Part shown: positions 21,375 to 32,100 of the stretch, piece after piece | Numbering within the stretch: the first letter of the stretch is position 1 | Layout of the letters: each line of letters begins with the position of its first letter | Assembly (NCBI RefSeq): GCF_048593235.1 | Contig: NC_133619.1 | Coordinates: 637,214,558 to 637,278,557, forward strand | DNA length: 64,000 bases | From: Sminthopsis crassicaudata | Lineage: Eukaryota | Reading direction: 5' to 3' | Program-made: the position numbers and the translations under genes | The notes under the pieces: generated by a model | Database searches by the model: none | Seen by the model: the letters and a program-made list of their open reading frames with translations, nothing else | Told to the model about the DNA's origin: nothing

Positions 21375-24300
21375 TCACTGCCGGGACGTCTCCCCGACAA
21401 TCTCCAGGCCGTGCTGCTGCAGCTGGGCACGGAGCAAGGCGTTCTCGTTCTTGAGCTCCTCAATCTGGGGATGGGGGGGGGGAACAGACAGCAGAGATTG
21501 AGGCAATCCCCAAAACCCCACAAGGCGGGGGGCCTCAGGGTCTCCACCAGCCCACCTGGATCACCTGCTGCCTCAGGAGCTCATTGTCCATCTGCAGCCG
21601 CTCGGCCTCCTTGAAAGTCTCCTGCATCCGCTGGTTGGTTTGGCGCAGCTCTCGGATGTAGTCGCAGGCCTTGGACAGGATCCCCCCCTTACTCTGACGG
21701 GCCGGAAGGCAAAAACACGGCAATGGGGCCAGAAGCAGAGGGCGGGAAGCCCCTGTGGCCCAATTGCAGCAGTGTCCCCCACCTGGGGAATGTCCGCCCC
21801 CCCAAGGCCTACAGGAATGCAGACCCCATCCTCAGGCGGGGAACGCTGCTGGCTTAGGATAAGCCTGAGGAAGAGTGGGGATGGGGCCAGGCCAGGGCCA
21901 AGCCAGGCCGGGGTCGGGGATAGGGACAGGCTGGGAAGGGGACATGGCCAGGCCAGGAAGGGGACAGGGACAGGGCCAGGCTGGGATGGGGACAGGGCAG
22001 GACAGGGATAGGGACATGGCCAGGCTGGGACGGGGACAGGGCAGGACAGGGATAGGGACATGGCCAGGCTGGGACGGGGACATGGCCAGGCTGGGACGGG
22101 GACAGGGCCAGGCCAGGAAGGGGACAGGGACAGGGCCAGGCCGGGAAGGGAACAGGGACAGGGACAGGCTGGGAAGGGGACAGGGCCAGGCCGGGAAGGG
22201 GACAGGGACAGGGCCAGGATAGGGATAGGGCCAGGCCGGGAAGGGAACAGGGACAGGGCCAGGCCAGGAAGGGGACAGGGACAGGGCCAGGCCGGGAAGG
22301 GAACAGGGACAGGGACAGGCTGGGAAGGGGACATGGCCAGGCCAGGAAGGGGACAGGGACAGGGCCAGGATAGGGATAGGGATAGGCCGGGAAGGGGACA
22401 GGGCCAGGGCCAGGATAGGGCCAGGGACAATGACAGGCTGGGACGGGGACAGGGAGGGGAGCTCTCACCGCCCCGGTCTTGCTGTTGTCTGTGTTACAGT
22501 CTGGAATGATTTTGGAGAGTTGAACAATCCAGTTGTTAATCTTGTCCCTCCGTCTCCGCTCCACTGCAGGGAGGAAGCAATTCCCACCAGGGAAGGCTCC
22601 ATGAGTATTTGGCGGGGATGGGTGCCAAAGGCACTCCCTACCCCGGGCAGCAATGGCTTCCATTGGGACTCAAGGAACCCCTAAGGAAGCTGAGGGCTGA
22701 AATCACACGAGCTTCCAGCATAAAGGGAGGGATCGGGTTGGGGGGGCTTCAGCTGGGCCTTGAAGGATAGAGAGCAGGACTCAGGGTCAGAGGTCAACAT
22801 TGGCGTCCTCACTGGTTGGACTAAAGACTTCTAAATGAGAAGTACTTTATTTTGTCTCCTCCGGCCAGTACAAGAGCCCGTGGCTCCTTCAGGAGCTACT
22901 GACGAGAACCCAGGGTGACCACGAGGGGCGGGAGGCCTGGACTTCAGTCCTTAGCAGTCTGTCGGTCCAGGACACGGAGGATGACCAGAGGAAGGCCTGG
23001 TCATGCTAGACCTGTCCTCACCCCACTTTCTGCGCGGCCGCTCACCCACAAAGGGGCCCCGACTAAGCTCTGCTGGGGGGGGCACGAGGAGGGGAGACCT
23101 GTGCTGGACAGAGGGCCCCTCCGCCCTCACCTTCGTTGTGCTGCGCTCTCCTCCTCTCGTCTCGGGGCGTCCTTGTCCCGTCCATTTTCCTGGAGGAGAG
23201 AGGAGACACAGCGCTGTCCCTTTGCCCGTGGGCACGAGCCCTCATCCCCAGCAGGGACTCGGGGGCCCCCGGCGGCCTGCACCTACGGGGAGTACGGGTG
23301 GGTCCGAGGGGCGATCGTCCTCTGCGTTCCGGTCTGCAGCACGTCCTGTGGCGTCATCATCACGTAGAACTGGCCTGGGAGAGGGGGCCGGGGTCGGTCA
23401 GAGGCCCTTCCGGAGACAGCAGTTGTGCTGACCCCCGTCCGGCCCCGTTTCCTCCTCTAGGGCCGGAGGAGGGCAGCAGCCCCACACTCCCTGGCTGGAG
23501 TCCGGGGGGGGGGAGGGGGGTCTGTCACCACCCCCTGCCTCAGTTTCCCCCACTGTAAGGCCCAAGGCCAGCTCTTACCTTCCCAGTTTCCACCCTGGCT
23601 CTCTCCCAGACCCCCCCCCCAGTTCCTGCAAGTGTTCTTGCAGACAGCTGCACTCTCTGGGACCCCCTCCAGCCTCTCTCCCCACTGTTCCCAGCATCCC
23701 TGGCGCCTTTCCAGGGGGGACCCCGCCCCCATACCTCCTGCCTGAAGGCTCTGGTCTGTGGTCTGCACAGACACAGCCGTGGCGTCCCCCACGCTGGACG
23801 CGGGAAAGTAGGCGAAGCGGGCCTCCCCGCTGACCGCCTCCGCGGCGGGGCTGCCCCCATTGCTGAAAGGATTCTGGATCACGGCCTGTGGGGGGAGGGG
23901 CGCTGAAGGGAGCCCACCCTGGCCAGGCTGACCCCGAGGCTGCTCCCTCAGCCCTCAGCAACATTGCTCCCCAGCCACCTTCCCCCCTTTCTGACCATTG
24001 GTGGTCAGTGGGCTTCCTGCCCCCCCCCCCCCCCCCGGCCAGTGGGACCCACGCGCCTGGGGCGGGGGCTACACTCCTGACCTGAGCCACGGCCTGCTGG
24101 CCCCCGGTGAAGGCGGCAGTGGACACCACGCTCACAGCGCCGGTAGCGTCTCCCTGGCCATCCAGCTGGCCATCTGTCACCTGGACTACTCTGTATGTTA
24201 CCTGCAGGGGGCGGCAGAGGGCCCTGAGTCGGCCTCCGGCGGGGAGGTCGAGCACCGAAGGGGCCCCCTCCCCTCCCCCCCAGCCCCCCACTGGGGGGCC

Positions 24301-24567
24301 CCCTCCCTCACCTGTCCTCCATTATTCTCTGTGCGGAACTGGTACTGGATGTTGTGCTCCCCGAACGCCGCCTGCTGGACGCTGGCGATGGCCACCGCAG
24401 TCTGCTCCTCGGCCCCGGGCCCTTCCCCGGCTGGGGGCAAAGGGAGGCCGGCTCAGCGCCCCGGGCGCCCCCCTCCCTGCGCCCAGCGCCCCCCGGCGCC
24501 CCCCGGGGATCCCCACTCACTGTCCTGGAGCTCAACGCCCTCTTCCGCTTCGGGTCCCTTGTCGTGG
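21375..24567 (-). CDS. USF2: Upstream stimulatory factor 2 (bHLH-ZIP), exons 2-10; exon 1 presumably in the N gap
   Basis: Exons 24567-24521, 24430-24312, 24201-24082, 23885-23735, 23374-23287, 23189-23131, 22563-22469, 21693-21565, 21464-21375. Contains RRAQHNEVERRRRDKINNWIVQLSKIIP and KGGILSKACDYIREL. Confidence 0.96.
21885..22460. repeat. G-rich (GGGACA/GGGCCA/GGGAA)n tandem array in a USF2 intron
   Basis: Dozens of GGG tracts with 2-6 nt spacers; directly visible. Confidence 0.9.
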
Positions 24568-26000
24568 CTGCGGGGACGCGGAGGCAGCGATCAGCGGGGG
24601 GCCGGGGCGGTGCGCGCCCCCCGGGGACCCCCCCTCGGCCCGACTCCCCCAGACCCGGCCCTGCGGGGGACGCGGCGGCCTCTCGCTGGTCCTGGAGGGT
24701 CTCCCCTGCACCCCCCGCCCGCCCGCGGCCTCCATCTTGTGCACTGTCCGGCAGGCCGGTGTGCGCCCGCTGCGGAGCACGGCCGGCCCACGGGCCGCCN
24801 NNNNNNNNNNNNNNNNNNNNNNNNNNNNNNNNNNNNNNNNNNNNNNNNNNNNNNNNNNNNNNNNNNNNNNNNNNNNNNNNNNNNNNNNNNNNNNNNNNNN
24901 NNNNNNNNNNNNNNNNNNNNNNNNNNNNNNNNNNNNNNNNNNNNNNNNNNNNNNNNNNNNNNNNNNNNNNNNGGCCCGNNNNNNNNNNNNNNNNNNNNNN
25001 NNNNNNNNNNNNNNNNNNNNNNNNNNNNNNNNNNNNNNNNNNNNNNNNNNNNNNNNNNNNNNNNNNNNNNNNNNNNNNNNNNNNNNNNNNNNNNNNNNNN
25101 NNNNNNNNNNNNNNNNNNNNNNNNNNNNNNNNNNNNNNNNNNNNNGCGGCTGCTCGGCTCCCCGCTCCCCGCTCCCCGCCCGGCCTCGGCCCGGCCTGGG
25201 CGACGGCTGCTGTGGCCCGGCCCCGGCTCGGGCCCGGGGAAGCGGCGGCCTGGGCCTGGGCCTCCCTCCCGCGCCCGCCCGCCCGCCCGCCGCGCTCGCT
25301 TTTCACAGCCCGCTCCTCCCGCCCGGCTGCTCCGCGGCCCCGGCCCGGCACGGCCGCCGATCGCTCGCTGCTACCGCTGCTTTCTATTTTTCCCCCTTTT
25401 TCCCCTTCTTTGCAAGAGCTGCGCGCGCGCAGCGGCGGCGGCGGCGGCGCGAGCCCGGAGCCGACGCGGGCGGGGGCTGGAGGAGGGGGGGGGGGGGCAG
25501 GCCGCCCTGGGAGCGCGCGCGCGCGCTCTGCCTAGCTCCACCGGCCCGGGCGCGCGCCGGCCTGGGCTTCGGAGCTGGGCCGCGCTCCTGGTCGCTGCGC
25601 GCTCCCGCCTCTCGCCGCGGGGGGCTGGGTAGAAGATACACTACGTTCCACAGATAGAACTCGGGCCCTGATGGAACGTTCTGGAGGGCCGCGATGGAAC
25701 GGAGCGGAGGCCCAGGGCCGAAGAACACGCTCCGTCGGCGGGGAGGGGCCGAGGGACTCGGGGAGGGGGATGAAAGATAGTGGACTTGAAAAGGGTCGGT
25801 CTAGGGAGACTGGGGGGTGCGCGCGCGCGCGCGCGGGTTCGTGGAGGGGGGGGAGAGGGTTGTCAGGGGAAAGTCTCGAAGCGCATGCGCACGTCTGGGC
25901 GGGGCCGCGGCGCGCACGCAGCGGGCGGGGCCGGGGCGAAGCCGGAACGGGCTGTTCCCAGAGGCCCGGGCGGGTCGGGATGATTGCCAGGACCGAGAGT
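24300..26000. promoter_or_regulatory. USF2 CpG-island promoter with NRF1-type palindrome GCGCATGCGC (25881-25890) and (GC)n runs
   Basis: Very high CpG density; motifs directly visible. Confidence 0.75.
24800..25145. other. Assembly gap expected to contain USF2 coding exon 1
   Basis: N run inside the CpG island, between exon 2 and the promoter. No MDMLDPG-like exon is visible elsewhere. Confidence 0.7.
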
Positions 26001-26103
26001 TGGCACCAGGGGCAACTGGAACGTCCACTTGTGTCCTTCACTGCCCTCTTCTCCTCGGCCCCCCAAAAGAACACAATGAGACCCGAGCCAAGTAATTAAA
26101 AAC

Positions 26104-26109
26104 TTTATT
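26104..26109 (-). terminator. LSR polyadenylation signal AATAAA
   Basis: TTTATT about 90 nt after the LSR stop. Confidence 0.75.
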
Positions 26110-26195
26110 GAGCACAAGAACAGAGACTCCCCGCCCTCTCCCCTCCCCCGACACACACATACAAAACTACAAAAATCCAGGGCAACTGCGACGGC

Positions 26196-29100
26196 TCAGA
26201 CCACCAGGCTCTCCCGGCTCAGGCCTAGGTCCTGTGGAGAACAAGGAGAGCCCCTAAGGGCGGGCTGCACCCAAGTCCCCTCCCCCAGGAACCCGCAGGC
26301 AAAAGTCTCCTCCCCCATGCATGCCCCTCCCCCGCAGGGGGCAACCACACCAAGACTGGCCCACTTACCTTTCTCAGCCTCCTTTCTCGGGATGACTGTG
26401 ATTCCGTTTCAGTATAGGGAGGTGGAGCTGGGGGGTAATAGGGTTCTTCCTCCTCCTCCCTGTGGGGTCTCCTCCTCTCCCCCTTTTTTCTCAGCACCTC
26501 TTCTAAGAAGCGGCCATCATAGTCGGGGTCCCTGGCCCGCCTGTGGCTCTCCTGTGGGTCCCTGCGGGAGTCATCCGGAGTTCGGCCCCGGGGCCTGAAG
26601 TCTCCATAGTGGGGGTCTCCAGAGCGGGAGTAGAGGTCGTCTCTGCTGCGACTTCTTGGAGGTGCATAAGCCCGGCTCCGGCCCCTTTCTGAGGGGGACG
26701 TCCTTCCGGATTCCGTAGAGCTGGGCCTACCCAGGTCATCCAGAGCATCCATTGAGTGGGCACGGGGCCTCCCGGCTGCCCAGCCTCCGTGCCGCTCTCG
26801 GGGATGCTCTGGTGCCCATCCCCGGGGGCGATAGTCCAGATCTTCATCCTGGATGGGGGTGAGGGCAGGGCCTCGGTGGGGCCGGGAGCGCCAGTCGTCC
26901 TCATGAAGGGAAGTCACTTCACTCATGGCTGGAAGAACAAGAAAAGGATGGATGGTTGCTCGGGGGTTGAGAGGGAGAGGGGAAGATGGCATCAAGGGTA
27001 GGTGCCAGTGAGCAGGGGGTAAAAGTGACCCATGCCTTCCCTGTCTAAGACTTCAGGATCTGCCACCCCCAACCGACTCACCCCTCTCCACACGGCCATT
27101 GGGCAGGCCAGGCCGGGAAGGGTCAAAGTTGGCAAGCTCCTTCTCCATGTAGTACAGCACCTTCATGGAGTCGTCCTGCTGGTTGGCCTGAATTCGATAA
27201 CCACTGCGTACTTCTAAAGGGCAAGACGTGAACACGAAGCCATCAGCAGGGAGATCTGATGGGCAAAGCTCTTTTTCTCGAATCCCAAGTCCCAGGGTCA
27301 TCCGTGCCCCCTCATCAAGACCCAAACCTGAATATTTGACTCACCTGAGTTTCTGGAACTGTCTGTGTCTCGAAGAAGGGGCACCTGGGAGCTGTGGCCA
27401 CCGACTGAGGGAGAGAGATGATCAGGATCCAGCCCCCAATCTGCCCTTCCAACCCATCACTCCAAGACCATCTTGTCCCCATGGCCTTCCTGGAGGCCTA
27501 GAGCTTCAGCTTATCCTCCCCATGGTCCTCTCCGACCCTTCCTTCCTCAGCAATGTCCTCTCCCCAAAGACCCAAGCCATGTCCCCCATCCTCCCCCCAA
27601 CAAGCGTCCACTTTCCTCCTTCTTCACCTGAGCTCTGTCGGTCAAAATCCCCTGCGTAGCCATTGTGGATGGGACCTAGTGGGATCATTGGTGCAGGGGA
27701 AGGAGCCTTAGTTGGAGAGAGGTGAGCATAGGTGCTGGGTGCGTAGACACTGGGGGCATAAATGCTCGGGACTCCCGAGGTGGCAGCTTTACCAGCAGCA
27801 TACACTGGGAGAAAAGTCATAGACAGCAAAACATAAGCTTCTTGAGAGCAGGGGAGAAGTTCTTTATTAGAGCATAGGGCCTAGCATATAGCAAGTGCTT
27901 ATTAAATGAAATGAATCAACAAGGGAGGGACACAGTGATACCCTCAACACATCAGTCCCCTCCCGTTCCTCCCTGGCCCCCGGTGCTTTAATATCATCAA
28001 GGGCAGGTACCATAAAGAGAGGGAGAGAGGAAAGCAGAGGCACTGAAGGCAGGACTCAGTGATGGAATTAAGGGATGATAGTCCCCTGCCAGTCCAGGCC
28101 CTTCACTGGCTGCTGAGGAGGTAAAGAACCTCCAGAGATGCAGTTTCATAATTACAAGGGCTAGAAACCCCCCCCCCCAATCCCCTTCAGATGGAGTTTC
28201 ACCCTATTCACTCCCAGATGGTTGGAGTTTCACCTGCAGCCCTACAGGTTTATATTCCTATTCCCAAATAGTCTTGGAGAGACTCCGTCTCATAACTGTA
28301 CAACGGACTTTTGAAGAGAGGAACATTTTATGGTTGAGGAGAGGGGGACCAGACTGGCCCAGCCCATGCGATGAGATAATTGAGCATCAGAGTCCCTGTA
28401 CTGGACTACTTCAGGTGGGAAGGAAGTCCAGAACTTCCAAACCAAAACAGCCAAGGAGACGGGCCCATATTTAATCTGGTTCTCAATTAGGCATCATAGC
28501 CCATCAATTTCCATGCATCCATCCTCTCTGCTCCAATGTTCCCTGAAAATAGAAAGCTTAGTCTGGGAGTCATCTGTGAGGAGGAAGGAAGTTGCTAACG
28601 AGGGGTTGGGGGAAGGCTACAATTAGCAGTTTACTAATTAGCAGTGGGAACAGCTGCTTCCTGCTGACTCAGTGGGTTTGGCTGGGGCTGGGAGTCAGCC
28701 TCATTCCGAGTGTCCCAGTAACCGACAGGGGTCCTTGCCTTAGTTTTCCCCATCTGTGAAATGAGGCTGACAAACACCCGCCAGCTCCTCATGGCCACTG
28801 GCTTCCAAAAGCACCTTAAGAACTCCATCAGCATTAGTGGGCCATTACGAGCAGTCCTGGACAACTTCCCTTCTCTAAAGAAGACGGCTGGATTAAAAAA
28901 TATGAGATCCTTCCCACCATTCATGCTAGGAAGAACATGGCTGCCCTCAAAGCTCCACTCAGACACCACCTCCTCTGAGATCTTTGCTGATTCCCTCCCC
29001 TCTGATTAAAGCAACACCTATGGGCCAGGTGCTGGAGACGGTGCAGATGACGTATGCATGTGTGATCGCAAACACACAAAGCAGACACAGGGTGACTGAG

Positions 29101-32100
29101 GCGGGTGGGGGTAGGTAGCACTGGCCCTAGGGAGAAGAGGCCCCTGATCGGGACCAGGAAGCAGGACCTGGTCAGGTGGGTGAAACGAGAACGCCCATAC
29201 AATGTGTGACCTCGTGCTTTATGTATATTATGCACATGTGTGGTTTTCATGGCTAGAGAGAGCTTCTTGAGGATGGGAATTTTCCAGCTTGGGGTTTTTT
29301 GGTCAGTGAATACCCAGCACCCAGCAAACAGTAGGCGCTTACTAAATGCTTACTGATGGATAGCATTCCCCTAGCTCCCTGGAACCACTATCCCATACTT
29401 AAAAATCCCTGCAGGCCAAAGGCTAACTTCGACTTTATTTTAAAATGTAACCTCATTTCTTTTCTATTAGTCTTTTACCTATTGTATAACGTTTCGCAAT
29501 TACATTTTAATCTAGTCTGTTATTGAGGCATTTCAGTTGTGACTGGTTCTTTGTGAGCCCTTTTGGCATTTCTTCAGCAGATACTGGAGTGGTCTGCCAT
29601 TCCCTTCTCCAGCTCAATTTACAAATACGGAAACTGAGGCAGACAGGGTGACGTGGCTTGCCCAGACTTGCACGGCTAGGAAGTATCTGAGGCTGGACCC
29701 AGTTGGTTTGACATCTGTGATCTCAGCCATTGATGTTTGAAAGCAAATAAAACCCAAATCACAGAATCCAGTTTTTTCAGCATTCCTGAAACCAGGACTC
29801 CATGGAAAAGCCCTCACTACCCACTGAAAACCCATTCCTCTTTGGGACCCCTACCCATGGCCACTAGGGGGCACCACAGTGCACAGAGTGCTGGAGTCAG
29901 GGAGGCTGTGGAGTTCAATACATCCTCAGAAATCTACCAGTCCAGTGACCCTGGACAAGCCCCTGCACCCCATCTGCCTCAGTTTCCTCGTTTAAGTGAG
30001 CTGGAGAAGCAAGCAACAAACCACTCTGAGAAAGCCCCCAAAAAACTGAACAACAAGATGGTTTGGGAATCTGTGCTTGAAATGAGCCCCTAAGCCTTAT
30101 TCCCCCCCCCACAAAAAAACAACTATTACCTCCCCCTAGAAACTGTTCCAATCCAGCCAACCCGCACCCTTATTCCAGGGTTGGGGCAACAAAGGCCAGG
30201 ACAGTACTTACGGGCCTCGGGGCAGCAGCACTTGTCCGGGCAGCAGGGACAGCGCACGTAGCAACAGCACGTATGGGGGCAGCACTGGCACCAGCAGATG
30301 CCCAGGAGGAGGAAGACTAGGAAGGCAGCCAGGACCACCACCACCACAAACAGCCAATCTGTAAGAAAAGCTGGTTGGGGCACGGAGCTGAGGTCCCGGC
30401 TCAAGCAGGGAAAGGGGCAAGGAGCACGAGGGCCGGAGGTACTCCAGATGGCTTCCGGCTCTGTGCTCAGGGCAGGGGACCCCGAAGAAGGGTCTTAAAG
30501 ACGGTGCAGCCACAGGAACAACAGGCAGACAGGCCAGACTGACAGCCATGTCTGTCCCCACAACCCCCCCTTACGGGCTTCCTGACAAGCTTCCTCAGGC
30601 CTTTGGAAGCCACTCTCGGAATCACACCATCTCCAAAGCACTTAGCAGCTATGCTGGTGGTTTGGGGGACTTTGGGGTCCTGGGGAGAGGAAGAAATAAT
30701 ATGGGGAACTCTACTAATATGAAAAACCAAAAAACAATCAAGAACTTATTTTTACAACTCATAGAACCAAATCTTCAAGGATAGTGACACAATAATCACA
30801 ATAATGAAGCTGTAACCAACAAAACTCCCAAAGAAAGGTGGTGGACCACAGGTGCTGAGTAGGGCATGCTTTTGTTGGACCCAGCCACCATGTCGATTTG
30901 TTTTGCCTAAGTGTATTTTTCTTTATAATAAGGTGAGGGATGGGTTTAGGGAGTCACTAAGAAGAGAGAAGTATATTTTAAAGAACATTGGTAAAATATT
31001 TTAAAGTAATTCATTTTTTTTTTTGTCTTTGTCCCATAACAGATACTCAATGATCGTTGAATTCAATTGAACTTAAACCTTAAAACTTTCCTCTGAGTCA
31101 GCAGGGTAGAGGTTGTAACCCCCATTTTCCAGATAATGCTAATACACACACAAAAAAACCATGTTAATATTTTTGAGGTGCTTTGACAAATATGACCTCA
31201 TTTGGTCCTAAAAGCAATCCTGTGAGGTGGGGGCTGTTACTATTCCCATTTTACAGTTAAGGCAAGTGAAGCAGGGAGATTAAGTGACTTATGGCTGGTG
31301 ACAAGATTTGAACTCAGGTTTCCCATTCTCCAAACCACTGTAGCTACTGTGAGAGGGTCTCTCTGAGCAGAGCTAGCTGGAGCTGGCCCCGCCCTTCCAG
31401 CCACTGCATGACCCCCTGTCCATAGTTCCAGACAATCCACAGGGGAGAGGAGAGCCCGGCTGGCCGATGGGAGGGAGACCGACACCCCCCAATAGTCTTC
31501 ACCAGGTGCTATGCTACCTGGAGCCCAGGAGAGTGGCTAGCTTTCGTTCTGGAGGGGCAGGGGAGGAGGCAGGACAGAAAAGAGTGTTCAGAAGGTGAAA
31601 GATGACAGGCAATGGGGAGGGGAACAAGGACACTCTGGCCTCCACCCCGTACCTTCCATGGGCCCTATCTGAAAGTCTGGTAAGAGTTCCGCCACCCCCG
31701 AGGTCCTGCCTGGAGGGACAAAAGAGAAACATGATTATTCCAGCAGGAAGCTGGCCAGGCTGGGCAGGAGAGGAGAGGAGGCCCTTCTACCCACCCAGCC
31801 CACCAGGGCCTAAGCATGCCAGCTCTCTGCCACACGCTGAGCCACAAGGCTGCCCTGAGGGCCCGAGGCACTCAGCCCGTCCAAGCGCTGCCGGGGCTCA
31901 TTGCTCCTACACTACAAGGGCAGCTCGAGATGTGCTCCGTCACATCCACTGTGGAGCACGGGCTCCAGGCCATCAATATATATGGACCAGCTCGTCAATA
32001 TATATATTTGTCATCACCACAGTGCAGCCGGTGGAGCTGGGTAACATGCAGTAACAGTACCATACCACGTGTCCCCGGGGGAGGCCGTCAGCTGTCCCTG

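Noticed and set aside
21573-22663. Pro/Cys-rich and Gly/Arg-rich ORFs of 115-285 aa
   Set aside because: Translations of the G-tract array; only the part overlapping USF2 exon 8 is real.
23998-25657. ORFs of 350-540 aa across the USF2 CpG island
   Set aside because: GC-rich and bridged by N gaps; no recognisable protein.
28480-28546. Possible stop-containing poison exon in LSR intron 5 (acceptor TTTCTATTTTCAG)
   Set aside because: No convincing donor and no supporting conservation visible.
31870-32015. C/D-box snoRNA candidate (GTGATGA ... CTGA, minus strand)
   Set aside because: About 145 nt with no terminal stem and no recognisable rRNA antisense element.
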